IMG/VR virus record: IMGVR_UViG_3300027798_000027
Coordinates: 1-64,000 of that record
Source of the DNA: a virus
Lineage: Duplodnaviria > Caudoviricetes
Direction: 5' to 3' (one strand)
Length of the DNA: 64,000 bases
Below the pieces are notes generated by a model. The model did not search any database. It was not told where the DNA came from and saw only the letters and a list, made by a program, of their open reading frames with translations. This document shows positions 26,154-37,014 of the stretch, in pieces (within the stretch, counting starts at the first letter, position 1; each line of letters starts with the position of its first letter). Made by a program: the position numbers and the translations under genes.

Positions 26154-26492
26154 TCAAGGTCTTATCCTGTATGAGTATGTGTTAAGAGGCTCGTAGTTTG
26201 TTCCACCAGTGCTTTTGTTATACCGTGCCACAAGTGAGTTATATCTATTAACAATATCATCTATTACGGAGTTTGCTTTGTCTACCGTCCGAACATGGGC
26301 ATCTTGTTCTCTTATTAAGTCTAACTTACTGCTTGCAATAATGTCACTTGTGTATCTTATACAATAGTTAGATTGATCTAAAATCATCTTTCGGGATTGT
26401 TTTAAATCTCCTCCCAAAAATAACAAAGCGGTAGATAGGATTACGATCAAGAATGATTGCACCCAGATTATGCCTTTAAGTTTAAATCTCAT
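26154..26492 (-). CDS. Membrane-anchored coiled-coil protein
   Basis: N-terminal TM helix. Confidence 0.55.
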   Translation of the reverse strand: MRFKLKGIIWVQSFLIVILSTALLFLGGDLKQSRKMILDQSNYCIRYTSDIIASSKLDLIREQDAHVRTVDKANSVIDDIVNRYNSLVARYNKSTGGTNYEPLNTYSYRIRP

Positions 26493-26654
26493 ACATAACT
26501 ATTATACCCTATCTTGACATATTGCTCAAATTTTGATATACTTGATCTATATGTCGGCTAACAGGGTTGTTATTTGTGAGATATGCAGTAAAGAAATACA
26601 GGTAAGATTAGCAATGGCATCTGAAACTTTACACAATCACATGAAAGAGCATAA

Positions 26655-26846
26655 ATGAAAAAAATAAAAGAGTTTGAAGAATTCAACAAGCCTGTTGATT
26701 TAATTGTTCATACTAAATGTCCAGATAAATGGTTGCTAATAGATAGAGAAACTGGAGAAATATATCAAGGAAGTTCTGCAGGTCATTGGAATAGGCTTGA
26801 TCCAGTTATCAAAGATAACCATAACTTTACAAAACAACCTGAATAG
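26655..26846 (+). CDS. Hypothetical protein
   Basis: TKCPDKWLLIDRETG motif. Confidence 0.6.
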   Translation: MKKIKEFEEFNKPVDLIVHTKCPDKWLLIDRETGEIYQGSSAGHWNRLDPVIKDNHNFTKQPE

Positions 26847-26860
26847 GATATACTTATAAT

Positions 26861-27259
26861 ATGAAAAAAATAATCATAACTTCTTTATTAATTGCATTGT
26901 TAATCCCAAACTCATCTGCTCAGGCTGCAACAAAATCATTAAACACTAAAGGCAATAAGTCTTCATGTAAAAATATTAAGGCAAATTATAAGTCAGAAGT
27001 GATTGCTAATTGGTCTAATGGCTTAGCAAGTGATCAAGATGTGTTAAAAGAAATAGATTTAAACATAAACATGCTTACTGCAAAGCAAAAACCTACAACT
27101 GGTAAAATTAAAACAACTATTTCTTCTTGGATTACATCAGAAAAAAATACACAAATTGCAATAACTGATAAAAACTTTGAAGCAATTACTACTGCTATGA
27201 ATTTAAAAATTTCTTCAGTTACTAATTTTGACAAACTATGTAAGTCTATAGAAAAATAA
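26861..27259 (+). CDS. Secreted protein with signal peptide
   Basis: MKKIIITSLLIALLIPNSSAQA; two Cys. Confidence 0.65.
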   Translation: MKKIIITSLLIALLIPNSSAQAATKSLNTKGNKSSCKNIKANYKSEVIANWSNGLASDQDVLKEIDLNINMLTAKQKPTTGKIKTTISSWITSEKNTQIAITDKNFEAITTAMNLKISSVTNFDKLCKSIEK

Positions 27260-27503
27260 TATGGACGAAAAAAAAATACGTGAACAGATAGCCAGGGACA
27301 TTGAGGCTATTGATACTAAGCAAAGTAGTGTTAATGCAGTTGGAATAAAGATTCTTGCTGCAAAGATTGCTAGGGGTGAGTAACTAGCCAAATCTGGTAT
27401 CATAGAAGTATGTTCTGTGAGTCCTGTGGTAGCAAACTGATTGGTGGAGACTGCTCCAACTGCTATACCAATTCTGCTGCTTTAAAAGAATTTGAGGAAG
27501 AAG

Positions 27504-27725
27504 ATGACTAACTGGACTGAAGAACTTAACGATAAACAAAAAGAAGATGTCTGGAACTTTGTTGTTTTTACTGTTAAAGAAATAAGAGAGCAGATTGCTA
27601 AAGACATTGAAGCAACTATTCCACTTTGGAAGTCAAAAGGCTTATTAAAGTCTCGTAGAACACAAAAAGCCTTTGAAGCATCTGCTGCAATTGCTAGAGG
27701 ACAGAACGAACAGATAAATGGCTAA
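27504..27725 (+). CDS. Hypothetical protein (IREQIAxDIEA motif)
   Basis: Shares motif with the short ORF 27261-27383. Confidence 0.55.
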   Translation: MTNWTEELNDKQKEDVWNFVVFTVKEIREQIAKDIEATIPLWKSKGLLKSRRTQKAFEASAAIARGQNEQING

Positions 27726-28677
27726 CATAGTCTTTCTTGGCAACTTTGAAGTGCCTTATAGTAGTGAGAATCATCATGCTAAGTCTTTGGAATCTCTTGG
27801 GCATACCGTGCAAAAATTGCAAGAGAAACAAGCGGGCAGCACAGAAATATTAAATGCAGCATTAAACTCTAATCTATTCATATGGGTACACACACATAGA
27901 TGGCAAACTCCAGGATCTAGGTCTATGACTGATGTGTTAAAAGAATTAAAGGCTGCTGGTATACCAACTATAACTTATCATTTAGATTTGTGGTTTGGCA
28001 TTGAGCGTGAAAAAGATTTAAAGGGTGATGACTTCTACACAAACATAGGTCATTTCTTTGCTACAGATAAGTTAATGTGTGATTGGTTTAATGAAAACAC
28101 AAGTGTTAAGGGTCACTTCTTGCCTGCTGGAGTGTATGATAAAGAGTGTTATGTCCATCAAGATTACGATCCAAATAACTTTGAGCATGACATTATTTTT
28201 GTTGGTAGCAGAGGATATCATCATGAACATAAATACCGTCCACAACTAATAGATTTCTTACGAAAGACATACGGTAAAAGGTTTTTACATGTAGGTGGAG
28301 ATGGTGACACTGGCACTGTTCGTGGTGAAGCGCTTAATCGCATGTATGCAAAAAGCAAGGTAGCCATAGGAGATAGTCTTAACATTAATTTTAACTATCC
28401 ATACTACACTAGCGATAGGTTGTTTGAGAGTACTGGTCGTGGTGGGTTTACTATTTATCCTCGCATCAAGGGGCTTGATGAATACTTTGAAGATGGTAAA
28501 GAGATTATATTTTATGAACATGGTAACCTTGAAGATCTTAAACAAAAAATAGATTACTACATTTTAGATGGATTGACTAGAGAAGAAATAAGGATTGCTG
28601 GTCATGAGCGGACTAAAAAAGAACATACATATGTTCATAGATGGTCAAGCATATTAGAAACCTTAAGCATAAAATGA
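27718..28677 (+). CDS. GT-B glycosyltransferase (CgeB/Glyco_trans_1_2-like)
   Basis: HDIIFVGS...SDRLFESTGRGGF...EIIFYE...HTYVHR. Confidence 0.85.
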   Translation: MANIVFLGNFEVPYSSENHHAKSLESLGHTVQKLQEKQAGSTEILNAALNSNLFIWVHTHRWQTPGSRSMTDVLKELKAAGIPTITYHLDLWFGIEREKDLKGDDFYTNIGHFFATDKLMCDWFNENTSVKGHFLPAGVYDKECYVHQDYDPNNFEHDIIFVGSRGYHHEHKYRPQLIDFLRKTYGKRFLHVGGDGDTGTVRGEALNRMYAKSKVAIGDSLNINFNYPYYTSDRLFESTGRGGFTIYPRIKGLDEYFEDGKEIIFYEHGNLEDLKQKIDYYILDGLTREEIRIAGHERTKKEHTYVHRWSSILETLSIK

Positions 28678-29561
28678 AATATTTAGTTACGGGTGGTGCT
28701 GGCTTTATTGGATCAAACCTTGTTGATAAGTTAATTAGTCTTGGAAATGATGTTATTTGTATTGATGATGAGTCTGCAGAATGTCATGAACAGTTCTATT
28801 GGAATGATAAAGCACAAAACTATAAGTATGATGTCTGTGACTATGATTTAATTGCACCACTTTTTGGTGGCGTTGACTGCGTGTTTCACGTTGCATCTGA
28901 TGCAAGAATACAGCCAGCAATATTAAATCCTAAAAAATCTATTCAATCAAACGCAGTAGGAACAGCCAATGTTCTTGAACTTTGTAGGGTTAACAAGGTA
29001 GATAGATTAATCTATTCAAGCACATCTTCTTCTTATGGTAAAAAGGCTTTGCTTCCAAACCAGGAAACACAATCACCTGATCCACTAACTCCATACTCTG
29101 CTGCTAAGGTTTTTGGTGAAAACCTTGCAAAAGTTTATTATAATCTTTATGGACTAAAAACAATATCTCTTAGATACTTCAATGTCTATGGAGATAGACA
29201 GCCATTGAAGGGTCAATATGCACCAGTAATAGGACTATTCTTAAAGCAATACTATGAATCAAAGCCACTAACAGTAGTTGGCGATGGATCTCAGCGCAGA
29301 GACTTTACTCATATATCAGACGTAATAGAAGCAAACATTCTTGCATCTGAGGTTGAAAATGGATTTGGGGAAGTATATAACGTTGGGTATGGAAGTAACT
29401 ATTCTATACTTGATATTGCTAATATGATTTCAAATGATATTAAATTTATTCCGTCAAGAATTGGTGAGGTGCAAGAAACTCTTGCATCTAATTCAAAGTT
29501 TAAAGATTTAACTGAATGGGTTCCAAAGGTATCTTTAATGGATTGGTTGCAAAATGACTGA
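28674..29561 (+). CDS. NAD-dependent nucleotide-sugar epimerase/dehydratase
   Basis: TGGAGFIGS, YSAAK (YxxxK), LRYFNVYG, RDFTHI. Confidence 0.95.
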   Translation: MKYLVTGGAGFIGSNLVDKLISLGNDVICIDDESAECHEQFYWNDKAQNYKYDVCDYDLIAPLFGGVDCVFHVASDARIQPAILNPKKSIQSNAVGTANVLELCRVNKVDRLIYSSTSSSYGKKALLPNQETQSPDPLTPYSAAKVFGENLAKVYYNLYGLKTISLRYFNVYGDRQPLKGQYAPVIGLFLKQYYESKPLTVVGDGSQRRDFTHISDVIEANILASEVENGFGEVYNVGYGSNYSILDIANMISNDIKFIPSRIGEVQETLASNSKFKDLTEWVPKVSLMDWLQND

Positions 29562-30267
29562 AATGATTAAGGCTACTGTTAACGGGGAATTTGAAATAAT
29601 GTTACCAAAGCATCGTGCAGATAGGCCAGAATGGTATCAACCACATGGTTGGGAAAAAATTAGATTAAAATCAATGCATGAAAATATCGGTAAAGGCGAT
29701 GTTGTTTACTATGTTGGAGCAGAAGAAGGAGAGATGCCTGCCCTATGTCAAATGTGGGGAGCAGAGGTAGTTTTATTTGAACCCAATCCAAAGGTTTGGT
29801 CACACTTTCCTTTACTTTGGAGTGCCAACAATTTAGAAAAACCAATTGCATGTATTCCTGGGTTTGCATCAGATAAAGATAATAAACTTGCACGTATTTA
29901 TTATGGCGAGTTTCCACCAGAAGCAGATGCTCCTATTGAGGCTGCTCATGGATTTAAAGAATTGCAGTATGAAGCAGATAAATATGGTCAAACAAAAATT
30001 GATACGCTTGTCTATGAAAAAGGAATGAAACCGCCAACAGCAATATCCCTTGATGTTGAGGGTAGTGAATGGAGGGTCCTAGGAGGGGCTGAAAGGGTCC
30101 TTAGAGAGCACAAACCTAAGATTTGGTTGTCTGGACACCCAGAATTTATGATGATGTATTGGAAAGAATACTTGCATGATTTAAGACAGTTTATTAAGGG
30201 TATTGGCTATAAAGAAACATTGCTTGATTATCAACATGAAGTACACTTATATTATGAATCATATTAA
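29554..30267 (+). CDS. FkbM-family methyltransferase
   Basis: YVGAEEG, FEPNP, ISLDVEGSEWRVLGG. Confidence 0.85.
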   Translation: MTEMIKATVNGEFEIMLPKHRADRPEWYQPHGWEKIRLKSMHENIGKGDVVYYVGAEEGEMPALCQMWGAEVVLFEPNPKVWSHFPLLWSANNLEKPIACIPGFASDKDNKLARIYYGEFPPEADAPIEAAHGFKELQYEADKYGQTKIDTLVYEKGMKPPTAISLDVEGSEWRVLGGAERVLREHKPKIWLSGHPEFMMMYWKEYLHDLRQFIKGIGYKETLLDYQHEVHLYYESY

Positions 30268-31108
30268 AGCATATCTTTACTCAGTTAAACAAGAAGATTG
30301 TGCTGCTGATAAATGGGATTACGGTTTATTAAAACAATTTTTTAATAAAAATAATATTAAACCAGACAAAGTAACGACCTTGCCTAACATAGATAGAGCC
30401 TTTGTTGTTATTCCTGGACCACAAAATGTAGATTATGAAGATCAAATATCTGAAGAGTTAAGTAAGATAAGCAGGGTAGTTCTATTTATTACTGGAGATG
30501 AAAGCGCTACCTTTAAGGTTGATAAGATAGAGCATAGTAATATTGAGATTTGGATTCAATATCCCCACAGAAAACATTCACAATATAATAAATTAGCGTT
30601 AGGTGTTCCACAACATCTATCAAATAATTTACCAGAGTATCAAGATAAATCTTACGATGTATTTTTTTCAGGACAAATAACTCATCAAAGAAGACAAGAA
30701 CTCGCAACTGTTATGCCTGACATACCAAACTCTTTTTATAATCCGACTAATGGATTTGCGGAAGGCTTAAGTCCAAAATCATATTACGATAAAATGTTTT
30801 TATCAAAGATTGTTCCTTGCCCTAGTGGAGCAATGGTTATTGATTCATTTAGATTCTATGAAGCAATTGAAATGCTTTGTTTTCCCATAGGAGATAAGTT
30901 AGATTCAAAAATGCAAAATACAGATTTTTTTAATTTTTTATTTCAAGGTGAGCACTCAATAAAAACTGTTGAAAATTGGCAAACCTTATCTAATTTATTA
31001 CCTGACTTATTAAATAACTACACATTTGAAATGCATCAAATTGTTTGTTGGTGGATTAAATATAAAAGAGATCTTTTTATTGAGTTAATGAGGCAAATAA
31101 ATGCATAA
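30254..31108 (+). CDS. Exostosin-like / GT-B glycosyltransferase
   Basis: YDVFFSGQ..., SKIVPCPSG...DSFRFYEAIEMLCFPI. Confidence 0.7.
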   Translation: MNHIKAYLYSVKQEDCAADKWDYGLLKQFFNKNNIKPDKVTTLPNIDRAFVVIPGPQNVDYEDQISEELSKISRVVLFITGDESATFKVDKIEHSNIEIWIQYPHRKHSQYNKLALGVPQHLSNNLPEYQDKSYDVFFSGQITHQRRQELATVMPDIPNSFYNPTNGFAEGLSPKSYYDKMFLSKIVPCPSGAMVIDSFRFYEAIEMLCFPIGDKLDSKMQNTDFFNFLFQGEHSIKTVENWQTLSNLLPDLLNNYTFEMHQIVCWWIKYKRDLFIELMRQINA

Positions 31109-31862
31109 AAGAGATATAACAATTGTCATGGCTACTTCTGTAATTACAAATCACCCAAGCACAAAAATGATAGATCAAACTATTAGTGATATTCGTGTTC
31201 ATTTTCCAGACAACGAAATTATTATGCAGATAGATGGTCTTAGGGAAGAACAACAAAATCGTAAAAAAGATTATGATAAATATAAAAATCGCATTTTGTG
31301 GAAATGTTTACATGAAGATAAAAACATATTACCATTTATATTTAAAGAGCATAGTCATCAAACCAACATGATGCGTCAAACAATTACTGAAGTTAAAACA
31401 CCGCTATTACTTTATGTTGAAGGCGATGCTCCTTTAACTCCAGACACACCAATAGATTGGGACAAGTGTTTAGATATGTTTGAATACAATAAAGCAAATA
31501 CTATTCGTTTTCATTTTGAAGCATTTATACCAAAAGATCACGAACATCTTATGTTTGGATTAGAAGATGGCTTTATGAAAACTACACAATGGAGTCAGCG
31601 ACCACATTTAAGTAGAAAAAAATATTATAAAGATATTGTGCTTCCAAGATGTAAAGATAAATTTTTTATAGAAGATACATTTCATGGAGCAATTCAAGAT
31701 GATATATCTCCATATGGGCAGTTTAATCAAGAGGGTTGGGAGATGCATAAACTTTGGATTTATCACCCTGAAGGTAATATTAAACGCTCTTATCATTTAG
31801 ATGGTCGTCAAGGCGGAAGAAAGTATACTTCTGATGATGTAACTTGGGGGTATAAAGAATGA
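31101..31862 (+). CDS. GT-A-like glycosyltransferase
   Basis: ITIVMATS, LLYVEGD (DxD-like), WSQRPH; position in the GT cluster. Confidence 0.6.
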   Translation: MHKRDITIVMATSVITNHPSTKMIDQTISDIRVHFPDNEIIMQIDGLREEQQNRKKDYDKYKNRILWKCLHEDKNILPFIFKEHSHQTNMMRQTITEVKTPLLLYVEGDAPLTPDTPIDWDKCLDMFEYNKANTIRFHFEAFIPKDHEHLMFGLEDGFMKTTQWSQRPHLSRKKYYKDIVLPRCKDKFFIEDTFHGAIQDDISPYGQFNQEGWEMHKLWIYHPEGNIKRSYHLDGRQGGRKYTSDDVTWGYKE

Positions 31863-32896
31863 GACTGGGGATCATAGCAAGATCAGACAACACTGGCCTT
31901 GGTAATCAGACTAAAGAGTTAGTTAATATGCTTAACCCTGATAAAGTTCTTTTGATTGACTCTACCCCGTTTAATAACAACAAGCAACATCCACACTGGT
32001 ATGACCAATACAGTTGTATCAAGACACAAGGTTTTCCATCTGTTCAACAGATAAAAATGTTTTTAGGAGATGTAGATGTTGTATTAAGTTGTGAAACATT
32101 TTATGATCAAAATTTTGTAAGGTTTGCAAATAGACGTGGTGTAAAGACCATTCTTCAATATAACTATGAGTTGTTTGGTCACTTGTCAAACCCAGAACTT
32201 CCACTGCCAACTGTATTGTTATCGCCTAGTTTATGGCAAATTGAAACAATTCAAAGCATGTTTGGAGATAGAACAAAAATAATTCACCTTCCGCCACCAA
32301 CCAATCCTGAGTTATTTACAACTGTAAAAAATAATAACATTTCTAAATCACATAATAGACTATTACACATTGCTGGTAAGAAGGCAGCCAAAGATAGAAA
32401 CGGTACTGAAACTGTAATAAATATGTTAAAACACTCTAAAGCCGATTATGAGTTAGTTATTAGAAGTCAAAGTGAAGTAGTAACTAATGTAACAGACTCA
32501 AGGCTAAAGATTGAAATTGGCAATCCAGAAAACAGGGAAGACCTATACAATGGCTTTGATGCTATGGTTTTACCTAGACGATATGCTGGTCTTTGTTTAC
32601 CGATGAATGAGGCCTTGCTTTCTGGTCTTCCCGTTTTTATGACAAATGTTTCACCCAATAATCAGATCTTGCCACAGGATTGGTTAGTTGACTCAGATTC
32701 CATTGGAACCATTAGAACAAAGGTTAGAATTGATTTGGTTGAAGCAAATAATGTTTTGTTAGCACAAACAATTGATAAGTATATGTCTATCAATGATAAA
32801 ACTAATTATAAACAACAGGCTTATGAGTTAGGGTTTAACAATTTTGCACCAGCAATATTAAAAGAAAAATACTTAGAACTTATTTTTCAAATCTAG
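31859..32896 (+). CDS. GT4-like glycosyltransferase
   Basis: TGLGNQ, DAMVLPRRYAGLCLPMNEALLSGLPVF. Confidence 0.85.
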   Translation: MRLGIIARSDNTGLGNQTKELVNMLNPDKVLLIDSTPFNNNKQHPHWYDQYSCIKTQGFPSVQQIKMFLGDVDVVLSCETFYDQNFVRFANRRGVKTILQYNYELFGHLSNPELPLPTVLLSPSLWQIETIQSMFGDRTKIIHLPPPTNPELFTTVKNNNISKSHNRLLHIAGKKAAKDRNGTETVINMLKHSKADYELVIRSQSEVVTNVTDSRLKIEIGNPENREDLYNGFDAMVLPRRYAGLCLPMNEALLSGLPVFMTNVSPNNQILPQDWLVDSDSIGTIRTKVRIDLVEANNVLLAQTIDKYMSINDKTNYKQQAYELGFNNFAPAILKEKYLELIFQI

Positions 32897-33572
32897 TTTT
32901 TTTACCAAATTTATCTTTAAGTATTTTATTAAATATATTATTAAATGAACTATCTGAACTAGATAAATAAGTATGATCATTTATGTTTAAATTATAAGAC
33001 TTAAGAACTAGTGGTCCAGAGTTGTAAACCTTAACATCTTCCATTTGTGTGCCACCCACATCAAATTTATTTCCGTATATTGATCTCCATAAGAATTGAT
33101 CTAAAAGTTCTAGCACTACCTTTAATTTTTCTTTTTCCATAATCATAGGAACGTGGAGTTCATAGTCTAAAGGGTTTTCAAATCCTAATGCTTTAAGTTT
33201 TTTATATGTTCCTGAAAGTTTTCTTGTGTATTGAGAGTTACCATTTAATTTTTGATATAAGTTTATTTTATCTAATAGGTATCCACTATGAAAATTTTCT
33301 ATCTTATTTATTTTTTTAATAATATAAAAGTCATCATTCATTAAAATAAACGATTGTGATATTTCTTGTGAAAAAGAAATTGCTTCTAAATTTTTTACAG
33401 CATTTTTATACTTTGATTCTTTTTGTTCTACTTTTATATAGTTTCCTGTATACCAGTCAGGCTTACCACCGACAAGCCATATATTTGCTTCTGGAAAACT
33501 TTCAACAACAGATCTAATTGAATACTTTAGTTCTTCGTTTATTCCGTCTTTACATATATATACAAAGTCCAT
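32880..33572 (-). CDS. Stealth-like sugar-1-phosphate transferase
   Basis: MDFVY (CR1-like), ELKYSIRS and FILMNDDF (CR2-like). Confidence 0.6.
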   Translation of the reverse strand: MDFVYICKDGINEELKYSIRSVVESFPEANIWLVGGKPDWYTGNYIKVEQKESKYKNAVKNLEAISFSQEISQSFILMNDDFYIIKKINKIENFHSGYLLDKINLYQKLNGNSQYTRKLSGTYKKLKALGFENPLDYELHVPMIMEKEKLKVVLELLDQFLWRSIYGNKFDVGGTQMEDVKVYNSGPLVLKSYNLNINDHTYLSSSDSSFNNIFNKILKDKFGKKTRFEK

Positions 33573-33634
33573 TAGTCCCCATTATAAAAAAATAAAGAGG
33601 GCAAGGTTTAAGTTTGCCCCCTTTATAGAATAAA

Positions 33635-33913
33635 CTACTTTTTCTTAGCAGTTTTCTTTTTTGGTGCACTTTTAACAGGCACAATCTTGCCAAGAGCATC
33701 TGAAATAATACCAGTATCTGGTAGTACGCCAAACGATTTATCATTTGGATTTAACGCTCTCAATGCGACGGGCGCTAAAGCAGCAACTAGTGCAGCCCAT
33801 AGATCTTTTGGATCTGTTACGCCAGCCATGTAAAGTGCAATTACTGCGCCAAGAACGGATCGTCCGTATGATGCTAGCATTGCCTTTGACTTATCGTTTA
33901 ATAAGTTATTCAT
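33635..33913 (-). CDS. Holin-like membrane protein
   Basis: ASYGRSVLGAVIALYMAG...ALNPND; basic C-terminus. Confidence 0.65.
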   Translation of the reverse strand: MNNLLNDKSKAMLASYGRSVLGAVIALYMAGVTDPKDLWAALVAALAPVALRALNPNDKSFGVLPDTGIISDALGKIVPVKSAPKKKTAKKK

Positions 33914-34081
33914 TATTCCTCCTAGGATATAATTTGTGTTAGTGTTTTATAGCCAATCCATAAACCAATAATTCCTGCGACTCCCGCAAAAACTGGTGGT
34001 GCTGGTACTGGCAATTTGAATGCTGCGAACACAACACCGCATCCAAAACCTGTGATAATTGATAACAGAACATCTCTCATG

Positions 34082-34444
34082 TTATTTTTTTCCTTGACCC
34101 ATCTCTGGTAAAAGCGCTAAAAGTTTGTCAGAATAGTTATCCAAACCTTTTACCTTCAACTCATCTGAAACCTCTTTAATGGTTTGTTGTGACTTTTCAA
34201 TATACTCAAATGCCCAGTCTCTAGAATCAGATAGGAATTTTATAAAGTTTTCTTTATGTATTGTATCGTCAGACATATTGATGCCGTCATTGACTTGAGA
34301 GTTTACTTCTTCAAGTGCCCTGTTTTTTATAAAAAGTTCAGCCACCAGCAAGTTAGACTTTTTTAGTTTATCAAACGTTGCCCAATAAGATAGTGCAAAG
34401 GAAAAAGACAGGGTAGCAAAAAATATCAGAAACATCATCTCCAT
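34082..34444 (-). CDS. Membrane-anchored hypothetical protein
   Basis: N-terminal TM; FIKFLSDSRDWAFEYIE. Confidence 0.6.
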   Translation of the reverse strand: MEMMFLIFFATLSFSFALSYWATFDKLKKSNLLVAELFIKNRALEEVNSQVNDGINMSDDTIHKENFIKFLSDSRDWAFEYIEKSQQTIKEVSDELKVKGLDNYSDKLLALLPEMGQGKK

Positions 34445-34826
34445 AATATCTATTGTACTCTATTCTCAGTTTGGCTACTGCCTAAATAGGTAAGCCAAAT
34501 TAGCCTAGAAACAGCCATTACAGCCACTTTTACAGCAGCCCCCATACCTTTTGACCCACCCATTTTGTATATTTTTTTAGTCTTTTTCTATATCAAAAAT
34601 ATCTAAATCAGACATTTTTTTAAAATTTGCTGCTGTCCAAAGGGATACGGCAGTTAAGAAAGATAAAACTATTAGTATTATTATCTTTGTTTTCTTTTTC
34701 ATTTTGTTATGGTTGCTCCACATCTTAGACATGCTACATAATTTTTACCAGTAAATGGACAAGAGCCAGCATCAACAAGATCGTGTGACTTTATCTTACA
34801 AATAAAAAACAATGTAATCTGTTTTA

Positions 34827-35072
34827 TCATTTTATTGCCTCTCTAGTAATTAACACTATGGCCCCACACTCCTCTAATGCTTTTTTTAATTTTACCACAT
34901 ACTGTAATGCTGATATTTTATCATCATGCACCATGTGCAAAAATTTTCTTTCATCTAATTTTACAGTAAGGAAGTGTTCATTGTCAATAATCTCCACTCC
35001 AAAACCTTTGGGAGGCGTAATTGAATGCACAGCCCTACGCATGATGTCTGTATACATTATTTGTTGCTCCAT
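34827..35072 (-). CDS. Hypothetical protein
   Basis: 81-aa ORF. Confidence 0.55.
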   Translation of the reverse strand: MEQQIMYTDIMRRAVHSITPPKGFGVEIIDNEHFLTVKLDERKFLHMVHDDKISALQYVVKLKKALEECGAIVLITREAIK

Positions 35073-35110
35073 TTCATTTTATTTTAATTATTCTATAGTA
35101 ATAAATGTTT

Positions 35111-35755
35111 TTATTTATTGTAACCCAAATTATCAAATTCCCATTTCCACTCCTGAAAGATGAAGTTCATTTGATCATTATTAAATATATCTGATGGGTC
35201 TATATTTTTTATTCCATGTTTTTTTTCAAATACATTTATACAGATTTCTGGGATATTGTGAGATTTTAATATTGGATTAATTTGATCTTCAAGACCATCT
35301 TCATATCTAATAAACTTATCAATAATAATTTTTTTATTAAAGGTATAAAGAAATTTACTGCTTGGTAAAAATCTTGTTGTAAATAAATTTAGATCATTTT
35401 TATAATCAAAATAATTATCTACATATTTTTGTTTTTCTTTTTTGTTTAAATTATTCCAATCAACTTCAATAAGGTGTAAAGCCCAAAAAAAATTTGAAAG
35501 AACTGCGTCGTATGGATTTCTAATTATTGTATATGTTTTAACATCAGATAGATCTATGAGTTTTGATATTTCTTTATATGAAGCGTGACTTTTAAATCCT
35601 TGATAATTTCTAGGTTTATGATTTGGGTTTTTTGGTTCAATTGGAGTGACAATTGCATTGTCTGGAAGAACTTGTGATAGTGCTACCTCTACAGAAGTTC
35701 CACCAACTTTTATATTTTTTAAAAACAAAAATTTATGGTCTTTAGAATAAATCAT
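35111..35755 (-). CDS. Sulfotransferase family 2-like protein
   Basis: FLKNIKVGGTSVE (5'-PSB-like), IRNPYDAVLS (3'-PB), FIRYED. Confidence 0.75.
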   Translation of the reverse strand: MIYSKDHKFLFLKNIKVGGTSVEVALSQVLPDNAIVTPIEPKNPNHKPRNYQGFKSHASYKEISKLIDLSDVKTYTIIRNPYDAVLSNFFWALHLIEVDWNNLNKKEKQKYVDNYFDYKNDLNLFTTRFLPSSKFLYTFNKKIIIDKFIRYEDGLEDQINPILKSHNIPEICINVFEKKHGIKNIDPSDIFNNDQMNFIFQEWKWEFDNLGYNK

Positions 35756-35758
35756 TTG

Positions 35759-36040
35759 TTACTCTATTGTTAAGGCTTGCCAGGTAGTTGCCCAGTCTTG
35801 TTTGGTTTTATGCTTATTAAACTCTCTTGAAACTTCTCCGCCTTCTAAATAAACACCGCCCCAAACACCCCACTCTTTTCCTGAAACACCATTAGCAAAA
35901 CATATTTTTCTAACTGGACATTGTTTACAAAGTGCATCAACATCTCTTCTAGATCCTTCATGATCTTCGTATTTATCAAAAAATGCGTTGTTGTCCGTTC
36001 CCAAACATAAAGCCTGATCTTTCCACAAATGCTGTTTCAA
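35759..36040 (-). CDS. whiB: WhiB-family Fe-S transcription factor
   Basis: WKDQALC...CKQCPVRKIC...GVWGG. Confidence 0.95.
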   Translation of the reverse strand: MKQHLWKDQALCLGTDNNAFFDKYEDHEGSRRDVDALCKQCPVRKICFANGVSGKEWGVWGGVYLEGGEVSREFNKHKTKQDWATTWQALTIE

Positions 36041-36042
36041 GA

Positions 36043-36252
36043 CTAATCCTTATACTTATTTGGTATATCCCAACCATTACGGCCAGGTTTATAAACTCTA
36101 TGTAAATACCATTTGTTTTTTACTCTAATGCCCATGGGAGATGTTTTTGCCGTATCAGATTCTTTTAAATCAATTACATCCCACGCATGCCAAATAAGGT
36201 TTTTATTTTTACTTACAATTTTTTCCATTGTGTTTAAACTTCTAATAATCAT
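36043..36252 (-). CDS. Hypothetical protein
   Basis: 69-aa ORF. Confidence 0.55.
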   Translation of the reverse strand: MIIRSLNTMEKIVSKNKNLIWHAWDVIDLKESDTAKTSPMGIRVKNKWYLHRVYKPGRNGWDIPNKYKD

Positions 36253-36260
36253 TTTTTCTC

Positions 36261-36611
36261 CTAATACTTAAAAAGACCAACGTCAATGTTGTTTGCTTCT
36301 GCAGTTAAAGCCAATTTTGATTTTGGTTCTTTTGGATTACTTAAAAAAGCAAAATAATTAATTTGATTTATATGTTCACTTAACCATGCGGGTGCTACAT
36401 TATAGAATTTAATTTTTTTGCCTCTTGCTTTCATTCCACGTTCTGACAAATTAGAGAACTCTGAAACAAAATTATTTATTTTTAATGGGCCAGCGGAATA
36501 AATAATAAATTCATTATCTTCATCCTTCATTCCTGATAAGGCAACACTCATGGCACGTAGAAATATATTATATTGATTAAACTCTTTTGTTCCCTGCACT
36601 GCCACTATCAT
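36261..36611 (-). CDS. SLOG/YspA-like protein
   Basis: MIVAVQGTKEFNQY N-terminal pattern. Confidence 0.5.
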   Translation of the reverse strand: MIVAVQGTKEFNQYNIFLRAMSVALSGMKDEDNEFIIYSAGPLKINNFVSEFSNLSERGMKARGKKIKFYNVAPAWLSEHINQINYFAFLSNPKEPKSKLALTAEANNIDVGLFKY

Positions 36612-37005
36612 TTGGTCCTACCCCTTGTTTTAAGTCATCAAGTATTGATAACATCTTATCTAATTCTTTTTTAGACATATTCTCAACATCTAATGGCTTT
36701 GCTGTGTTTTCATCTACCCTGCCATTAATAGCATCAGCAGTATAAAAAACATTACCCAATATCCAATATGCTTTATCTTTTTCTATTACTACTCTTAACA
36801 TATTTTTTTGAACATGTTTTTGAGATTGAGTAATAAACTTAGGCTTATCAAACCTTTGTTTTGAAATAACATCTTTAGTTATTTCATAAATATCGCTTTG
36901 CCTATATTTAATTTTTTTTAAAAATGCTATTCTTTTTTTATTTGATACTTTAATTATAGACCAACAAAGAGACAATGTCAAGCCTATAACTAATAGATAT
37001 TCCAT
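36592..37005 (-). CDS. Membrane-anchored hypothetical protein
   Basis: N-terminal TM helix (track ORF 36577-37005; exact 3' end per track). Confidence 0.5.
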
Positions 37006-37014
37006 TCATTGCCC

